In this document: positions 26,666-35,688 of the stretch, piece after piece
How the letters are laid out: the number at the start of each line of letters is the position of its first letter
Position numbering within the stretch: position 1 is the stretch's first letter
Source of the DNA: a virus
Virus record (IMG/VR): IMGVR_UViG_3300030319_000027
Coordinates: 1 to 58,779 of that record
Reading direction: 5' to 3' (one strand)
Length of the DNA: 58,779 bases
Notes under the pieces: model-generated
Databases searched by the model: none
What the model saw: only the letters and a program-made list of their open reading frames with translations
What the model was told of the DNA's origin: nothing
Position numbers and translations under genes: made by a program

Positions 26666-26854
26666 TTACCTCCACCCCATCACAACAGCCGTGCAAACGA
26701 CCAGACACACGTTGATAAACAGCCAGACAAGCATTGCCTGCCGTTCCTCAAACAGGTTGCTTGCCATGTTTTTGATCGTCCGTTCGGACTGAACCACTAC
26801 CGCCAGCAGGACTAGGCATACCAGCCAGCGAGTTACGAATTCAAACATTGTCAT
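26666..26854 (-). CDS. Small membrane protein
   Basis: Two hydrophobic helices. Confidence 0.4.
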   Translation of the reverse strand: MTMFEFVTRWLVCLVLLAVVVQSERTIKNMASNLFEERQAMLVWLFINVCLVVCTAVVMGWR

Positions 26855-27731
26855 CCTCCATCAAATCGTCCATGCTCAACTGACCGTTGATGTTTTCGTC
26901 CTGCATCCACCAACGAAAAACGTCCATGCCTGTTTTCCAATCGCACGGCAAGCCTTTTGCTTTTCTGACATCAAGCATTCGATCAAACGCCGAAATGTAC
27001 ATTTTTTCGTAGGAAGGCCAGCGCATAAACTCACGCTGTCTGCCCCCCCTACCGGCCATAGGACAGCCAATGCAGCCAACACGCTTTTGCCCTTCGCAGT
27101 AAAGCGGATTGATGGGCAAGTGTTCGCTGTGCGTGTAGTCCCACACATCATCGTCAGACCAGTCCACGATCGGATTGACGGTCATCTTTCCCTTGAGGTT
27201 GCAGGTTTCAAACAGCTGGCGCTTCTCGTCATTGTCGCCCATGAGGATAATGCGCTTCTCTTTGTCTTTGTGCATCAGCTCCATCACGCCACGACTGTTC
27301 TTGCGCCGTAAGGATTCAGCCCACCGCACACCTGTTGCAATGAATCTGTTTTTGCCAGTGTTTTCTTTCAAAACATCACAGCAATACCGCACAATCCGTG
27401 TGGGCGGCATCAGCTTTTGCGGAATCAGTGTCCACATGGACACGGTCTTGTTCTTGTATCGTGGCATGACGATGGAGCATTTGATTCCACGTTCTTCCAT
27501 CGCTTTGAACTGCTCACGAATGAAATAGACCGTCTCCGGCGCATCTGCTGTGGTGTGGCTGTTGACCACCTCAAAGTTGATTCCGGCACGTTCAGCCAGT
27601 GCCACAAGCACTTGCGAATCCTTGCCGCCAGAGTATGTGACCATTAACGGTTTCTTGTAACGATGCTCGGACAGCCGTGCAGCGTCCTGCAAGCGTGCGA
27701 TTGCAAGCTGTTCCTTGTCCATTAGCTCCAC
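26841..27731 (-). CDS. PAPS reductase-family (PP-loop ATPase) protein
   Basis: PP-loop motif TYSGGKDSQV near the N-terminus and a conserved Cys cluster CIGCPM. 296 aa. Confidence 0.75.
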   Translation of the reverse strand: MELMDKEQLAIARLQDAARLSEHRYKKPLMVTYSGGKDSQVLVALAERAGINFEVVNSHTTADAPETVYFIREQFKAMEERGIKCSIVMPRYKNKTVSMWTLIPQKLMPPTRIVRYCCDVLKENTGKNRFIATGVRWAESLRRKNSRGVMELMHKDKEKRIILMGDNDEKRQLFETCNLKGKMTVNPIVDWSDDDVWDYTHSEHLPINPLYCEGQKRVGCIGCPMAGRGGRQREFMRWPSYEKMYISAFDRMLDVRKAKGLPCDWKTGMDVFRWWMQDENINGQLSMDDLMEDDNV

Positions 27732-28045
27732 CTTTCTCTCAACTTTTTTTCTACCTGTTCTGACTTTGCTGTGATGTAATCCGCAAACTCGTCAGGTGTC
27801 ATGTCCTCATTTTTAAACTGCCCAACCATCTCCCAGTACCTGTCACCAATGCGGATAATTTTCTGCACCTGTTCATCGGTCAGGTCTGCATCGCACCGAA
27901 GGTTCTGAATCAGCGCACCCCATGTGGCGGCGATGCCGTCCAGAGCCATACGGAATCCGTACAACTGGTTCTGTCGTGCGATTTTGCGGAGGTTGGTCGG
28001 CTTGACTTGTTTTCCGCACAAGGGGCAGTTTCCGAATTTATTCAT
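27722..28045 (-). CDS. Hypothetical zinc-ribbon protein
   Basis: ATG 28045 follows AAGGAG. CPLCG motif present. Confidence 0.4.
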   Translation of the reverse strand: MNKFGNCPLCGKQVKPTNLRKIARQNQLYGFRMALDGIAATWGALIQNLRCDADLTDEQVQKIIRIGDRYWEMVGQFKNEDMTPDEFADYITAKSEQVEKKLRERWS

Positions 28046-28049
28046 CTGG

Positions 28050-28301
28050 CTACTCCTTGTTTGGGACAAGTTCAAACGTGACTTTTAGCGTTCTATTGCC
28101 ACGAACTCCCCATGCCTTTTGAATTTTGCTCTTATCGTCACGATCCATTTCTATAATGAAATGGTTCACGACCGCTTCGATTGCTCCGTCAGTCACATCC
28201 GATTTGTTTTTCCACATCTGCGAACCATCTTTTCGAGGTGGTGTTATTTTTCCGGCATAGATTTCCCCAAATATCCCACATCCAACATAATATTCAGCCA
28301 T
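28050..28301 (-). CDS. Hypothetical protein
   Basis: ATG 28301 (MAEYYVGCG...). It overlaps the end of the MazG-like gene. Confidence 0.4.
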   Translation of the reverse strand: MAEYYVGCGIFGEIYAGKITPPRKDGSQMWKNKSDVTDGAIEAVVNHFIIEMDRDDKSKIQKAWGVRGNRTLKVTFELVPNKE

Positions 28302-28629
28302 CTTTATTCTCCTTTGCTTCAAGGCGAGAGAGCCAGCGGACTTCCTTTTCGTGCTGCATCTTCTGCATCCTATCAAAGACTTCATCGTCCAAGTCCAGCG
28401 CAATAATGCAGTTCACAACGTCTGCATATTCTTCTTCAAACGCCTTTTTGCATTCCTCCACGCTCTTCGGTGTCGGGTTCGTGCCATCCAGCGCACGGCG
28501 CAACTTCAACGCAGCCTGTGCCAGTTCGGACGCTTCTTCTGCCAACTGCGCCAAGATTTCGGTCTTAGGCAGAATGTCTGAAACTTTCTTTTGCACAATT
28601 TTACCTCTCTTAGTAATATTCAATTTCAA
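28294..28629 (-). CDS. MazG-like nucleotide pyrophosphohydrolase
   Basis: EEASELAQA ... EEYADVVNCIIAL acidic metal-binding helices. Confidence 0.65.
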   Translation of the reverse strand: MKLNITKRGKIVQKKVSDILPKTEILAQLAEEASELAQAALKLRRALDGTNPTPKSVEECKKAFEEEYADVVNCIIALDLDDEVFDRMQKMQHEKEVRWLSRLEAKENKDG

Positions 28630-28951
28630 CTAACGATGTGGACACCAACTCAAAGCGTCCATCTTCCAGAGGGATGCGGAGTAGCTGATACTCACGCTCA
28701 GCAGATAGCTTCGGGTCAGGCAGCAGCTCACCGAATTCCTCCACGGTGATGGTATACTTCGGATGCCGTTCGCTGCCGTTTCCCGCATGGTCGATCTCCG
28801 GGGAATAGACTGTAACATGATAGCAAGGGTTGTCAGCAGTTTCAGTTTTAGTTTCAGCATCAGCAGATGTTGAACTACAGGATGTAAATAGCAGTGTAAG
28901 TGACAGTGCCAAAATTGTAATCACAAGACAGATAAAACGATAATTGCTCAT
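28610..28951 (-). CDS. Lipoprotein (candidate superinfection-exclusion factor)
   Basis: ATG 28951 follows AAAGGAG. A signal peptide with lipobox LFTSC is present. Confidence 0.55.
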   Translation of the reverse strand: MSNYRFICLVITILALSLTLLFTSCSSTSADAETKTETADNPCYHVTVYSPEIDHAGNGSERHPKYTITVEEFGELLPDPKLSAEREYQLLRIPLEDGRFELVSTSLVEIEYY

Positions 28952-29133
28952 TTTTGTTCTCCTTTCAGCCAGTCGTTCAGCTTTGCCATGCAAGAGGGGC
29001 AAAGAACGAACGACCTATCTGGCGAACATTCATAGCCGCGTTCTTTGATTTTCACTTTTCGGATTCCGTTCACTTCGTCGTGCCACGAAAAACACTCTCC
29101 GCATCGGTCGCAAATCTCAAACTCAATTTCCAT
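28948..29133 (-). CDS. Zinc-finger protein
   Basis: CDRCGEC ... CPSC motifs. Confidence 0.4.
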   Translation of the reverse strand: MEIEFEICDRCGECFSWHDEVNGIRKVKIKERGYECSPDRSFVLCPSCMAKLNDWLKGEQK

Positions 29134-29137
29134 GTTT

Positions 29138-29638
29138 TCAGCCTCCCATTAGCGGGTCTACGCACTCCCAACGGTAATCGTCAAATCGGATTTCACGATT
29201 GATGGTTGTTTCGCCTTTAATGACTTCCATCTCTTGATTTACGCATCCACTACTTTCAAATCCATAGAATCTGAAATCCAACCGATACTTTTTAGACATT
29301 TCTTCGTATGGCTCAGGTTGCATCGACCATGCGGCCATGACAGGAAGAACAAGAATTGTGTTGTCGCCATCAGAAATCTGTTCAGTGTAGAACTTTTCGA
29401 CGAAGTTCTTCATAGTACCCTCGATGTAAGCGGTGTCTTTCACGTTGATGTAGAATGTCTCATCATCGTAAGAGAGCAATGCTCCATCATGGATTTTGTT
29501 GTAGACCCACTCTCCATTCGGAAACTTGTTTTTGTTGAAATAGGGGCGGTCATAAACAGTCACGCAATCCGTAAACCAGCGCACGATGTTTTCTGGATTC
29601 CCACGGACTTTGAGTTTTCCTTCACACCAATTTGGCAT
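29138..29638 (-). CDS. DUF1281 / Api92-like protein
   Basis: Characteristic N-terminus MPNWCEGKLKVRG. Confidence 0.5.
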   Translation of the reverse strand: MPNWCEGKLKVRGNPENIVRWFTDCVTVYDRPYFNKNKFPNGEWVYNKIHDGALLSYDDETFYINVKDTAYIEGTMKNFVEKFYTEQISDGDNTILVLPVMAAWSMQPEPYEEMSKKYRLDFRFYGFESSGCVNQEMEVIKGETTINREIRFDDYRWECVDPLMGG

Positions 29639-30155
29639 TCTTTTCCTCCAATCTCTTTAGCAACCCGTCCACGTCATACCGCCAATGGACACGCAGCCTT
29701 TTTGCTTTGACCTCTATCCCCTCTTGCTCTGCCCATTGCCAAGGGATGCTCTTGCGGCTCTCATTGTATCGGAACGCCAGAACCTTGTTGGCAGGGATTG
29801 CAAAGGTGCGGCTGACCGCCCGGTAATTGACTATCAAATGGGCGGTCTGACCGCTGTACCCCATTGCTTCCACCATGTCCGTGATGTGCTTTTCCTTGCG
29901 GTATTTGCACTTTGCCTTGTCGTACTTGCCGAACACCTTTTCCAGAGGGATAGAGGGCGTTTCAATGGTTTTCAGTTCAAACAGATGGTTCATCGGGTAA
30001 CGGTACACAAGGAAGTCGCAGATGTTGTCGATGGAAAACGACAGGTTCTCGTTGCCGCCGTAGTAGGTGGCAGCACTGTCCTTCAGTCGGTAGCACCACG
30101 CATCGGATGGGACGGATGCTTTGAAGTCCACTTCAAACTGCTTGCCGGTATTCAT
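29622..30155 (-). CDS. RecU-like Holliday junction resolvase
   Basis: N-terminal GKQFEVDF and the ...DFLVY...LFELKT... catalytic-core pattern. Confidence 0.5.
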   Translation of the reverse strand: MNTGKQFEVDFKASVPSDAWCYRLKDSAATYYGGNENLSFSIDNICDFLVYRYPMNHLFELKTIETPSIPLEKVFGKYDKAKCKYRKEKHITDMVEAMGYSGQTAHLIVNYRAVSRTFAIPANKVLAFRYNESRKSIPWQWAEQEGIEVKAKRLRVHWRYDVDGLLKRLEEKNAKLV

Positions 30156-30457
30156 TCGCCATACTCCGCATCGTACTCGGCTTGCATTTTTATAAGCTGC
30201 TCTTTTGCTCGAACAATCCCACGTTCGCAGTTTCGCTTCATTTTTTCATCTTCTTTGCTATATGATGCGCCACCCATGATGGCTTTGCGGATTCTTTCAC
30301 ATCGTTCAATGTATTCGAGCTTACGGCCGATTGCTTCTTTCTTTTCTCCCTGTTCAAACAAGGGTCTGAGATATTCATAAGTAATTTTCGCTCGTACGTC
30401 ACCCTCTGATGCTTTTGTGAAAACATAATCGAGCAACCGGTTACTGCTTATCATCAT
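30152..30457 (-). CDS. Hypothetical protein
   Basis: Co-directional ORF with overlapping stop/start codons. Confidence 0.4.
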   Translation of the reverse strand: MMISSNRLLDYVFTKASEGDVRAKITYEYLRPLFEQGEKKEAIGRKLEYIERCERIRKAIMGGASYSKEDEKMKRNCERGIVRAKEQLIKMQAEYDAEYGE

Positions 30458-30672
30458 CCTCGTTCACCTCTAAATTCACTTCCGAGAAACCGCTTCTTGC
30501 CGCGTTCCCGGTGCTTATCCTCGTAGTTGCGGTGGTACACGCTCTGGCTGTGGTTCAGCTCATGCACGAACGCCTTGCGTTCCTCGAAGTCTTTCTTCTC
30601 TGCCTTATACTTCTCGCAAGTGTCGTGGCAAGCTGTGTGGCGTGATTTGCAGTTGAGACAACAGGTAATCAT
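30454..30672 (-). CDS. Cys-rich small protein
   Basis: CCLNC...C..C motifs. The start is uncertain: ATG 30672 is used here, while the track ORF begins at 30708 inside the upstream gene. Confidence 0.35.
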   Translation of the reverse strand: MITCCLNCKSRHTACHDTCEKYKAEKKDFEERKAFVHELNHSQSVYHRNYEDKHRERGKKRFLGSEFRGERG

Positions 30673-30682
30673 TCTATTAACC

Positions 30683-31297
30683 CTACTGTTCTGCCATTGC
30701 TTTTGCAATGCCAGGATAAGTTTTACTTCGTTCTTTTGAATGACCGCCTCCCATCCAATGATTCTTTTCTCGCAATTTTGGCGGCAGCGTCATCATGTAA
30801 TCGCGCACGTTGTTTGTCTCCTTCAAAAGAGGAAGGCTTTTAAGCCACAAGCAGGTTCGCTTCTGCTCCGGGTGTCCAAACTGCCAGGGATTAATAATCT
30901 GGTCTGGCTTTCGGTATAGCGTAGACATCACGCAAACCGGATTCTCAACCACTATATGCGGAACATCCGCGTCGATAAATTTCATAAAGAAAAACGCGGC
31001 TTCCTCACGCAAGCGTAGTGGCTTTCTACCCTCTGCGAACCAACGTGCACCCGAAACAGCCAGGTGTGTACAGGGCGGGTGTGCAATGAGCAAGTCCCAC
31101 TTGCCAACGTCATGCGTTACGCCGTCCATCGTCACGACTTGCCCCCCCTCCAGAGCCTTGAGCGCATCTCCAAGAATATGCCACTTAGGATGCCCACCGG
31201 ACGGTTCCTGGATGTCGCATGAGTAAGCTTCGTGACCTTTTGCCCGGAACGCCTTACAGACTTCCTGTGATTCCTCACAGGCGACTAAAACTTTCAT
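30683..31297 (-). CDS. DNA cytosine-C5 methyltransferase-like protein (short form)
   Basis: HPPCTHLAVSG (PPC catalytic Cys motif) and VVENP (ENV-like motif). A canonical FxGxG motif was not seen. Confidence 0.5.
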   Translation of the reverse strand: MKVLVACEESQEVCKAFRAKGHEAYSCDIQEPSGGHPKWHILGDALKALEGGQVVTMDGVTHDVGKWDLLIAHPPCTHLAVSGARWFAEGRKPLRLREEAAFFFMKFIDADVPHIVVENPVCVMSTLYRKPDQIINPWQFGHPEQKRTCLWLKSLPLLKETNNVRDYMMTLPPKLREKNHWMGGGHSKERSKTYPGIAKAMAEQ

Positions 31298-31378
31298 TTT
31301 TCCAAACGCCCGTCCAGCCAGATAGCGCAGCTCTTATATAAGGTAGGCGGTTCGCCTTTTGTCCAGGTAGCGTAACCG

Positions 31379-31951
31379 TTAATCAAAAGGGAGCGAACCG
31401 TCGTCCTCAATCGTGGAGAAGTCATCGTTCCCGCCCTGCGAGTAGCCAGAACCAGATGCACCAGCCAGTGTTTTCTTCGGCCTGACCTCATAGTCGCCGG
31501 AACGAATCTTGTCCACGCTGGTAAAGCGGTCAACAACAAGTTTCGTCTTGATGTTGCCATCGTTGCCCATGTACTCTTCCTCACGGAGAACTACGCCGAC
31601 CAGCTTGCCACGCAGGGTCTTTTCATCGTTGTTGAACTTGTAACCGGGATTGGACTGCTCCACAGCGGTGATAAAGCCTTTGAAGAACGGCAGCGCCTTT
31701 TCCTTGTAGCTCTTGATGGTCTTGCCGCCCCATGCCCACTCGCCCGTATTCAGCTTACCACGCTCGATAAGGGAAGCGGTCTGCTCGCGCCAGTAGCCCT
31801 TGAACTCGCCCTCTGCGACTTCCCACTCGATGTTCAGGCGCTCCTTTGTAGGCTCGTCCGTTGCCTTGCAGATACCGGCAACATAGCCGCCAACAGGCAA
31901 GTCACGGCGCTCGGTGGCTTCCTGTACGTCATTCCAGTTGATGTTCTTCAT
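31379..31951 (-). CDS. DUF669-type single-stranded DNA-binding protein
   Basis: LPVGGYVAGI...EWEVAEGEFKGYW pattern, and an acidic SSB-like tail DDGSLPFD. Confidence 0.6.
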   Translation of the reverse strand: MKNINWNDVQEATERRDLPVGGYVAGICKATDEPTKERLNIEWEVAEGEFKGYWREQTASLIERGKLNTGEWAWGGKTIKSYKEKALPFFKGFITAVEQSNPGYKFNNDEKTLRGKLVGVVLREEEYMGNDGNIKTKLVVDRFTSVDKIRSGDYEVRPKKTLAGASGSGYSQGGNDDFSTIEDDGSLPFD

Positions 31952-31954
31952 CTG

Positions 31955-32587
31955 TTACTCTCCTTTGTTATCCGGCTGAACCTGGATGTTGTAATACTCA
32001 CGGATGGTCTTGTCTACGGCGGCGAGGTCGTTCTCGATCAGCGCATCGTTGAACATCCCCAGAGGGGTTTTCACGGTGTCCATCCCATCGTTGCGAGTGC
32101 TGAACAGGTATCGCCCATCCTGTACGACCGTTTTGAGGACGATGGTGAAGTACCCCTCCACACAGACCTTTTCGTCCAACATTTTTCCAATGGTTTTGAA
32201 TTTTTCCTTGTCGTCTTCTCCTTTATCGCTGTGTCCGAAGAAGTAGACCACAACATCGTCCGGCAGTTCCTTCGCCCGCATCAGCAAGGCATTGAAGTTG
32301 GCTGCCATGTCGGTGAACTTCTGGTATCCGGCGACCTTTGCGTTCCGCATGAACTCGCCGGTCATAAGGTAGGTGGCATCGTCAATGACGATTGACTTAC
32401 GCTTAGTGCTGTGGATTGCGGCATCAATCTTGCCATAATCATTGGTAATGTACGTTTTCATGTTGCTGCGGAACGGAAGCGGCTTGCCAAGCACGTTGAT
32501 AACCGCAACTTGTTCCGGGTTAAAGTTCCGAAGCGAAGCGGACTTTCCGCTGCCGGAATGACCATAGACCATTACTAATACTGCCAT
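31955..32587 (-). CDS. Sak4-like AAA/RecA-type recombination ATPase
   Basis: Walker A GHSGSGKS at the N-terminus. 210 aa, adjacent to the SSB gene. Confidence 0.65.
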   Translation of the reverse strand: MAVLVMVYGHSGSGKSASLRNFNPEQVAVINVLGKPLPFRSNMKTYITNDYGKIDAAIHSTKRKSIVIDDATYLMTGEFMRNAKVAGYQKFTDMAANFNALLMRAKELPDDVVVYFFGHSDKGEDDKEKFKTIGKMLDEKVCVEGYFTIVLKTVVQDGRYLFSTRNDGMDTVKTPLGMFNDALIENDLAAVDKTIREYYNIQVQPDNKGE

Positions 32588-32656
32588 TTTTCTTTCCTTT
32601 CTTCGGCATCATTAGGCTTCATTATTCTTACTTCGGCTTAATTTAGCTGTACAAAA

Positions 32657-32851
32657 TCAACCAGCCATCAGGTCTGCCAGCTGTGCACGGAGGTCTTTCA
32701 GCTCTGCTTCCCTGTCCTCAATCTCGGACTGCAAGTCCTCAATCGCTGCCAGCCGGTCGGCTTCTTTCGCTTCCGCCATCTGCTCGTTGGTCATGAAGTA
32801 CACGCCGTCCTCCGGCTCTGTCACGCCACCAAATCTGTCAAGGTTAATCAT
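32657..32851 (-). CDS. Small coiled-coil protein
   Basis: ATG 32851 (MINLDRF...). It overlaps the upstream stop by 8 nt. Confidence 0.4.
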   Translation of the reverse strand: MINLDRFGGVTEPEDGVYFMTNEQMAEAKEADRLAAIEDLQSEIEDREAELKDLRAQLADLMAG

Positions 32852-33038
32852 CTTTGGGTCTCCCTCTCTTGCGTTCCTCTTTGATTTGCAGAGCGCTGTA
32901 CCACTGGTCTTTGTCGATTTCGATGGTAGACCACCGATGGTTACAGGAAATGCACTTCTTGCGGCGAACGATGCTATCGTGGTCAGACCGGCTGTCAACC
33001 GTTGTAATGTTATCACTACCGCATAACGGGCATTTCAT
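32844..33038 (-). CDS. NrdR-like zinc-ribbon protein
   Basis: MKCPLCGS...VDSR...RRKKCISCNHRWSTIE resembles the NrdR N-terminal zinc ribbon. Confidence 0.5.
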   Translation of the reverse strand: MKCPLCGSDNITTVDSRSDHDSIVRRKKCISCNHRWSTIEIDKDQWYSALQIKEERKRGRPKDD

Positions 33039-33298
33039 CGTGCATCCCTCCACTCGCTAGTGTGGTAAGCAGCACGCTTAATTTTCCGGCGCTCGCGTTC
33101 GCTTCGCTCTTCTTCTTCGGCGCTTACCGCCAGTGCACACAGAACGATAGCCGTTGCCAGCAGACCGCAAGATACAATCACCCAGCCGAACATCTGCGCG
33201 GTGGTCTGACAGCCCTGAATCGTGTCACCGCACCCGACTGCTGCAATTGCCGCGACCAGACCGATCATGGACAATGCTGTTCCTTTCAAAGTTTTCAT
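33035..33298 (-). CDS. Membrane protein
   Basis: Three hydrophobic segments. Confidence 0.45.
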   Translation of the reverse strand: MKTLKGTALSMIGLVAAIAAVGCGDTIQGCQTTAQMFGWVIVSCGLLATAIVLCALAVSAEEEERSERERRKIKRAAYHTSEWRDAR

Positions 33299-33495
33299 TG
33301 GTTCTCCTTTTTGCTGCCAAAATTAAAAATCCATCCGGTTGCCATTACAGCGGCTGCCACGATAATCCCCCATGTTCCTTTTGCGCCGACCAGTAGTTCA
33401 ACGAGATGTACCAGCCACAGGTTCAAAAGGAACGCTGCAAGAATCAACGCAAGAACGATGCCCCAGATTAGGACGATTTCCACAAGTGCTTTCAT
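33295..33495 (-). CDS. Small membrane protein
   Basis: Two hydrophobic helices. Confidence 0.45.
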   Translation of the reverse strand: MKALVEIVLIWGIVLALILAAFLLNLWLVHLVELLVGAKGTWGIIVAAAVMATGWIFNFGSKKENQ

Positions 33496-33843
33496 TTCTA
33501 TCCCCTTTCGTTTATTTTTTCCATGCCATAGCTGGTCTATGCAATTCCTTCGCTATGTTCTGCGCTGCCTTTCCTTTGCTTATCAATTCCACTCATCGCA
33601 TCTCTTAGCCTTTGCGATGCACCGCCTCTCAACGCCCCCGCTGCTCACGTCGATGTTTCGCCTTGCCTTTGCTTATCAAAGCTACACCTTGCATCCATAG
33701 CCGTTGCATCTCGGTTCTAAGCAGCGCCTTTCCGTTGCCGTTCTGCTCGTGTCGTGTCAAATCCACGCCTTGCCATTGCTAGTCACCTCAAGTCGTTGCT
33801 TTGCCTTCGCCGCACAAGTCGCTGATTCGCAATGCCATAGCGG
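33496..33843. repeat. Non-coding pyrimidine-rich (plus strand) region with degenerate repeats
   Basis: CCTTTGCTTATCAA occurs at 33573 and 33666. GCCTT(T/G)CC-type motifs recur about 7 times. ATGCCATAGC lies at both borders (33523 and 33832). Confidence 0.6.
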
Positions 33844-34467
33844 TTAATTAAGGATTTCGTAAGTATACCGCCCCTTGCCACTGTTGCGCCACTGTCCGAT
33901 ACCACGCAGAGCGCCGTAGTTTAGCCATTCAAGCACGACCTTCTCGTGAGAATCGTCCAGAAGAACGATTTCAAACTCGCAGGTCGAACCAGCGGGAATC
34001 TGCTCGCTGTTGGCAAGGCTTACACGTTCGCCCTGCGCCGTCTGGGCACGCAGCGGACGCTGGCACTCGGTGATCTCGCCGTTCACATGAATGGGAATCA
34101 TGCGGGGCTGAACGAAAATCAACCCATCAATGACCTTCTTGTGGGCCGTCAGCTTGCCGCTTTCGTTCACGGCCTTCTTCTTGCCAGTTTCGGTCTTGGC
34201 ACCGATACGACCCAGCATACCACAGGAATCCTTGAAGAAGCCTTTAATCTGGTAGTCATATAGGATGGGTTCGTTGTTCTCGTTGCGAGGAAACACGGTC
34301 ATGCCCTTATCTGCCACAGCATCAGCGCCCAGAGCAGCAACTTCGTCCTCGATGGTGTTTGCATCAGGGGACTTGCTGGCGATGAACTCTCGCGCGATGT
34401 TCTGATTGCTAGGCCATGTGCCGAGAACCGCTTCGATGAATGTGATTCTTACTTTGATTTTTTTCAT
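33844..34467 (-). CDS. Hypothetical protein with a C-terminal GxGxxxxxGxG loop
   Basis: 207 aa. GIGQWRNSGKGRY lies 10 residues from the C-terminus. Confidence 0.5.
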   Translation of the reverse strand: MKKIKVRITFIEAVLGTWPSNQNIAREFIASKSPDANTIEDEVAALGADAVADKGMTVFPRNENNEPILYDYQIKGFFKDSCGMLGRIGAKTETGKKKAVNESGKLTAHKKVIDGLIFVQPRMIPIHVNGEITECQRPLRAQTAQGERVSLANSEQIPAGSTCEFEIVLLDDSHEKVVLEWLNYGALRGIGQWRNSGKGRYTYEILN

Positions 34468-34550
34468 TTTTGCTCACTCTTTCTTTCTCGATGCGTTCCA
34501 GCCGGTCTTTCTCCCGGCTGTGCCAGCGGATTTCTCGTTTTCCGTAGTAC

Positions 34551-34823
34551 TTACCGTTCATAGGTCAGCTCTCCTGACGCAAGCATCCTTGATACTTCTC
34601 CGTAGTGTTTGCCGAGCTTGTCAGCAAGCGCTTGAACTTCTCCGATAGACGGAAACGCTTTTTCTTGTTTCTCTAGCTCTTGCGTTTTCGTTCTGTAGGT
34701 GCCTTTTTTACGCTTTTTGTCACGTTCCTTGTCTATTTTGTGCTTGCACTCCGAGCAATATCTCTTTGTAGGGTTTACCAAGCCAAGAAATAGACCACAA
34801 CGCTCGCAATATTTAATCTTCAC
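34551..34823 (-). CDS. Zinc-ribbon protein
   Basis: CERCG ... CSEC motifs, then a K/R-rich region. Confidence 0.45.
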   Translation of the reverse strand: MKIKYCERCGLFLGLVNPTKRYCSECKHKIDKERDKKRKKGTYRTKTQELEKQEKAFPSIGEVQALADKLGKHYGEVSRMLASGELTYER

Positions 34824-34995
34824 GCTGCGTCTCCTCTTTCAGTCTTGCTTCCCGGTTATGCCGTTCAAAGCACCGGTTGATGGTCTTCTCCATCCAAAGC
34901 ACCTTGTTGGCATCGTTTCGGGACACGCCAGCAGCCATTGCCAGCTTCAGCCTGCGTTTGCGGCTTTGCGCCCTGCGAAAATTCGTCACCAGCAC
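34813..34995 (-). CDS. Small basic protein
   Basis: Co-directional ORF of 60 aa. Confidence 0.35.
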   Translation of the reverse strand: MLVTNFRRAQSRKRRLKLAMAAGVSRNDANKVLWMEKTINRCFERHNREARLKEETQRED

Positions 34996-35360
34996 TCACC
35001 AGCCTTGTCTGTGATGAACTTCGGGACTTCCCGGCCTGTGGCGATACACAGAGCAACCAGCCTTTCAACCCAGATGTCACGCAACCCTTCTTCGGTCATA
35101 TAACACTGACCAACGCTTGGCTCCTTAAAATCCGCCCAAATCGTCAGCCCAACAGCGCCATCGGCGACCGTCCAGATCGTGCTGTAACCATCGTTGCACA
35201 GGCCATACAAAATATCTCGTGCTCTGATTTTGGCTTCGTTGAGTTCAAAAGCGTCCCAGTGCTTTTTGCTCTGCTCGTAGGCTTCCACAGCTTTGTCAAT
35301 GGCGTGGCGAGCATCGTCCGGGTGCTCAAGGTCTACTTTCAATGTCAAAATCCGTTCCAT
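34986..35360 (-). CDS. Hypothetical protein
   Basis: 124 aa, the second gene of the leftward early operon. Confidence 0.45.
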   Translation of the reverse strand: MERILTLKVDLEHPDDARHAIDKAVEAYEQSKKHWDAFELNEAKIRARDILYGLCNDGYSTIWTVADGAVGLTIWADFKEPSVGQCYMTEEGLRDIWVERLVALCIATGREVPKFITDKAGECW

Positions 35361-35362
35361 GT

Positions 35363-35581
35363 TCAGCCCTCCTTCTGCTCAATCTCCAGAATCTTGCAGA
35401 TGCTCTGAATAATCTTCTCCGGCTTTCGCTCGCCACGAAGAATCTTGTAGAGGTACGAATCATCAAGGAACAATCCAGTATCGCTTTGAACCGCCTGAAT
35501 CAGCTCCGTTTGCTTCATACCTCGCTGTAACAGCTTCATCTTCACTTCCAGCTCAAAGCCAGAACGGAAGTTTTCTTTCAA
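35363..35581 (-). CDS. Cro/Apl-like HTH protein (first gene of the leftward early operon)
   Basis: TTG start preceded by GGAGGTGG. HTH region MKQTELIQAV. Confidence 0.6.
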   Translation of the reverse strand: MKENFRSGFELEVKMKLLQRGMKQTELIQAVQSDTGLFLDDSYLYKILRGERKPEKIIQSICKILEIEQKEG

Positions 35582-35608
35582 AATTCCACCTCCATTTGCT
35601 AAAATCTA

Positions 35609-35637
35609 TTGACATGTACGGAAAACTGTACTAATAT
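35609..35637 (+). promoter_or_regulatory. Rightward promoter of the repressor gene, with an operator in its spacer
   Basis: TTGACA, TGTACGGAAAACTGTAC (17 nt), TAATAT. Confidence 0.65.
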
Positions 35638-35688
35638 AATGGCGTAGAGAGTTTATATTGTACAGTGTTCTGTACTGCCCATGTCTGT

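Noticed and set aside
34411-34561. Small minus-strand ORF starting at ATG 34561 (MNGKYYGKREIRW...) filling the 83-bp gap
   Set aside because: It overlaps both neighbouring genes out of frame and runs about 50 codons into the next CDS. Its RBS is acceptable, but there is no other support, so I left it uncalled.
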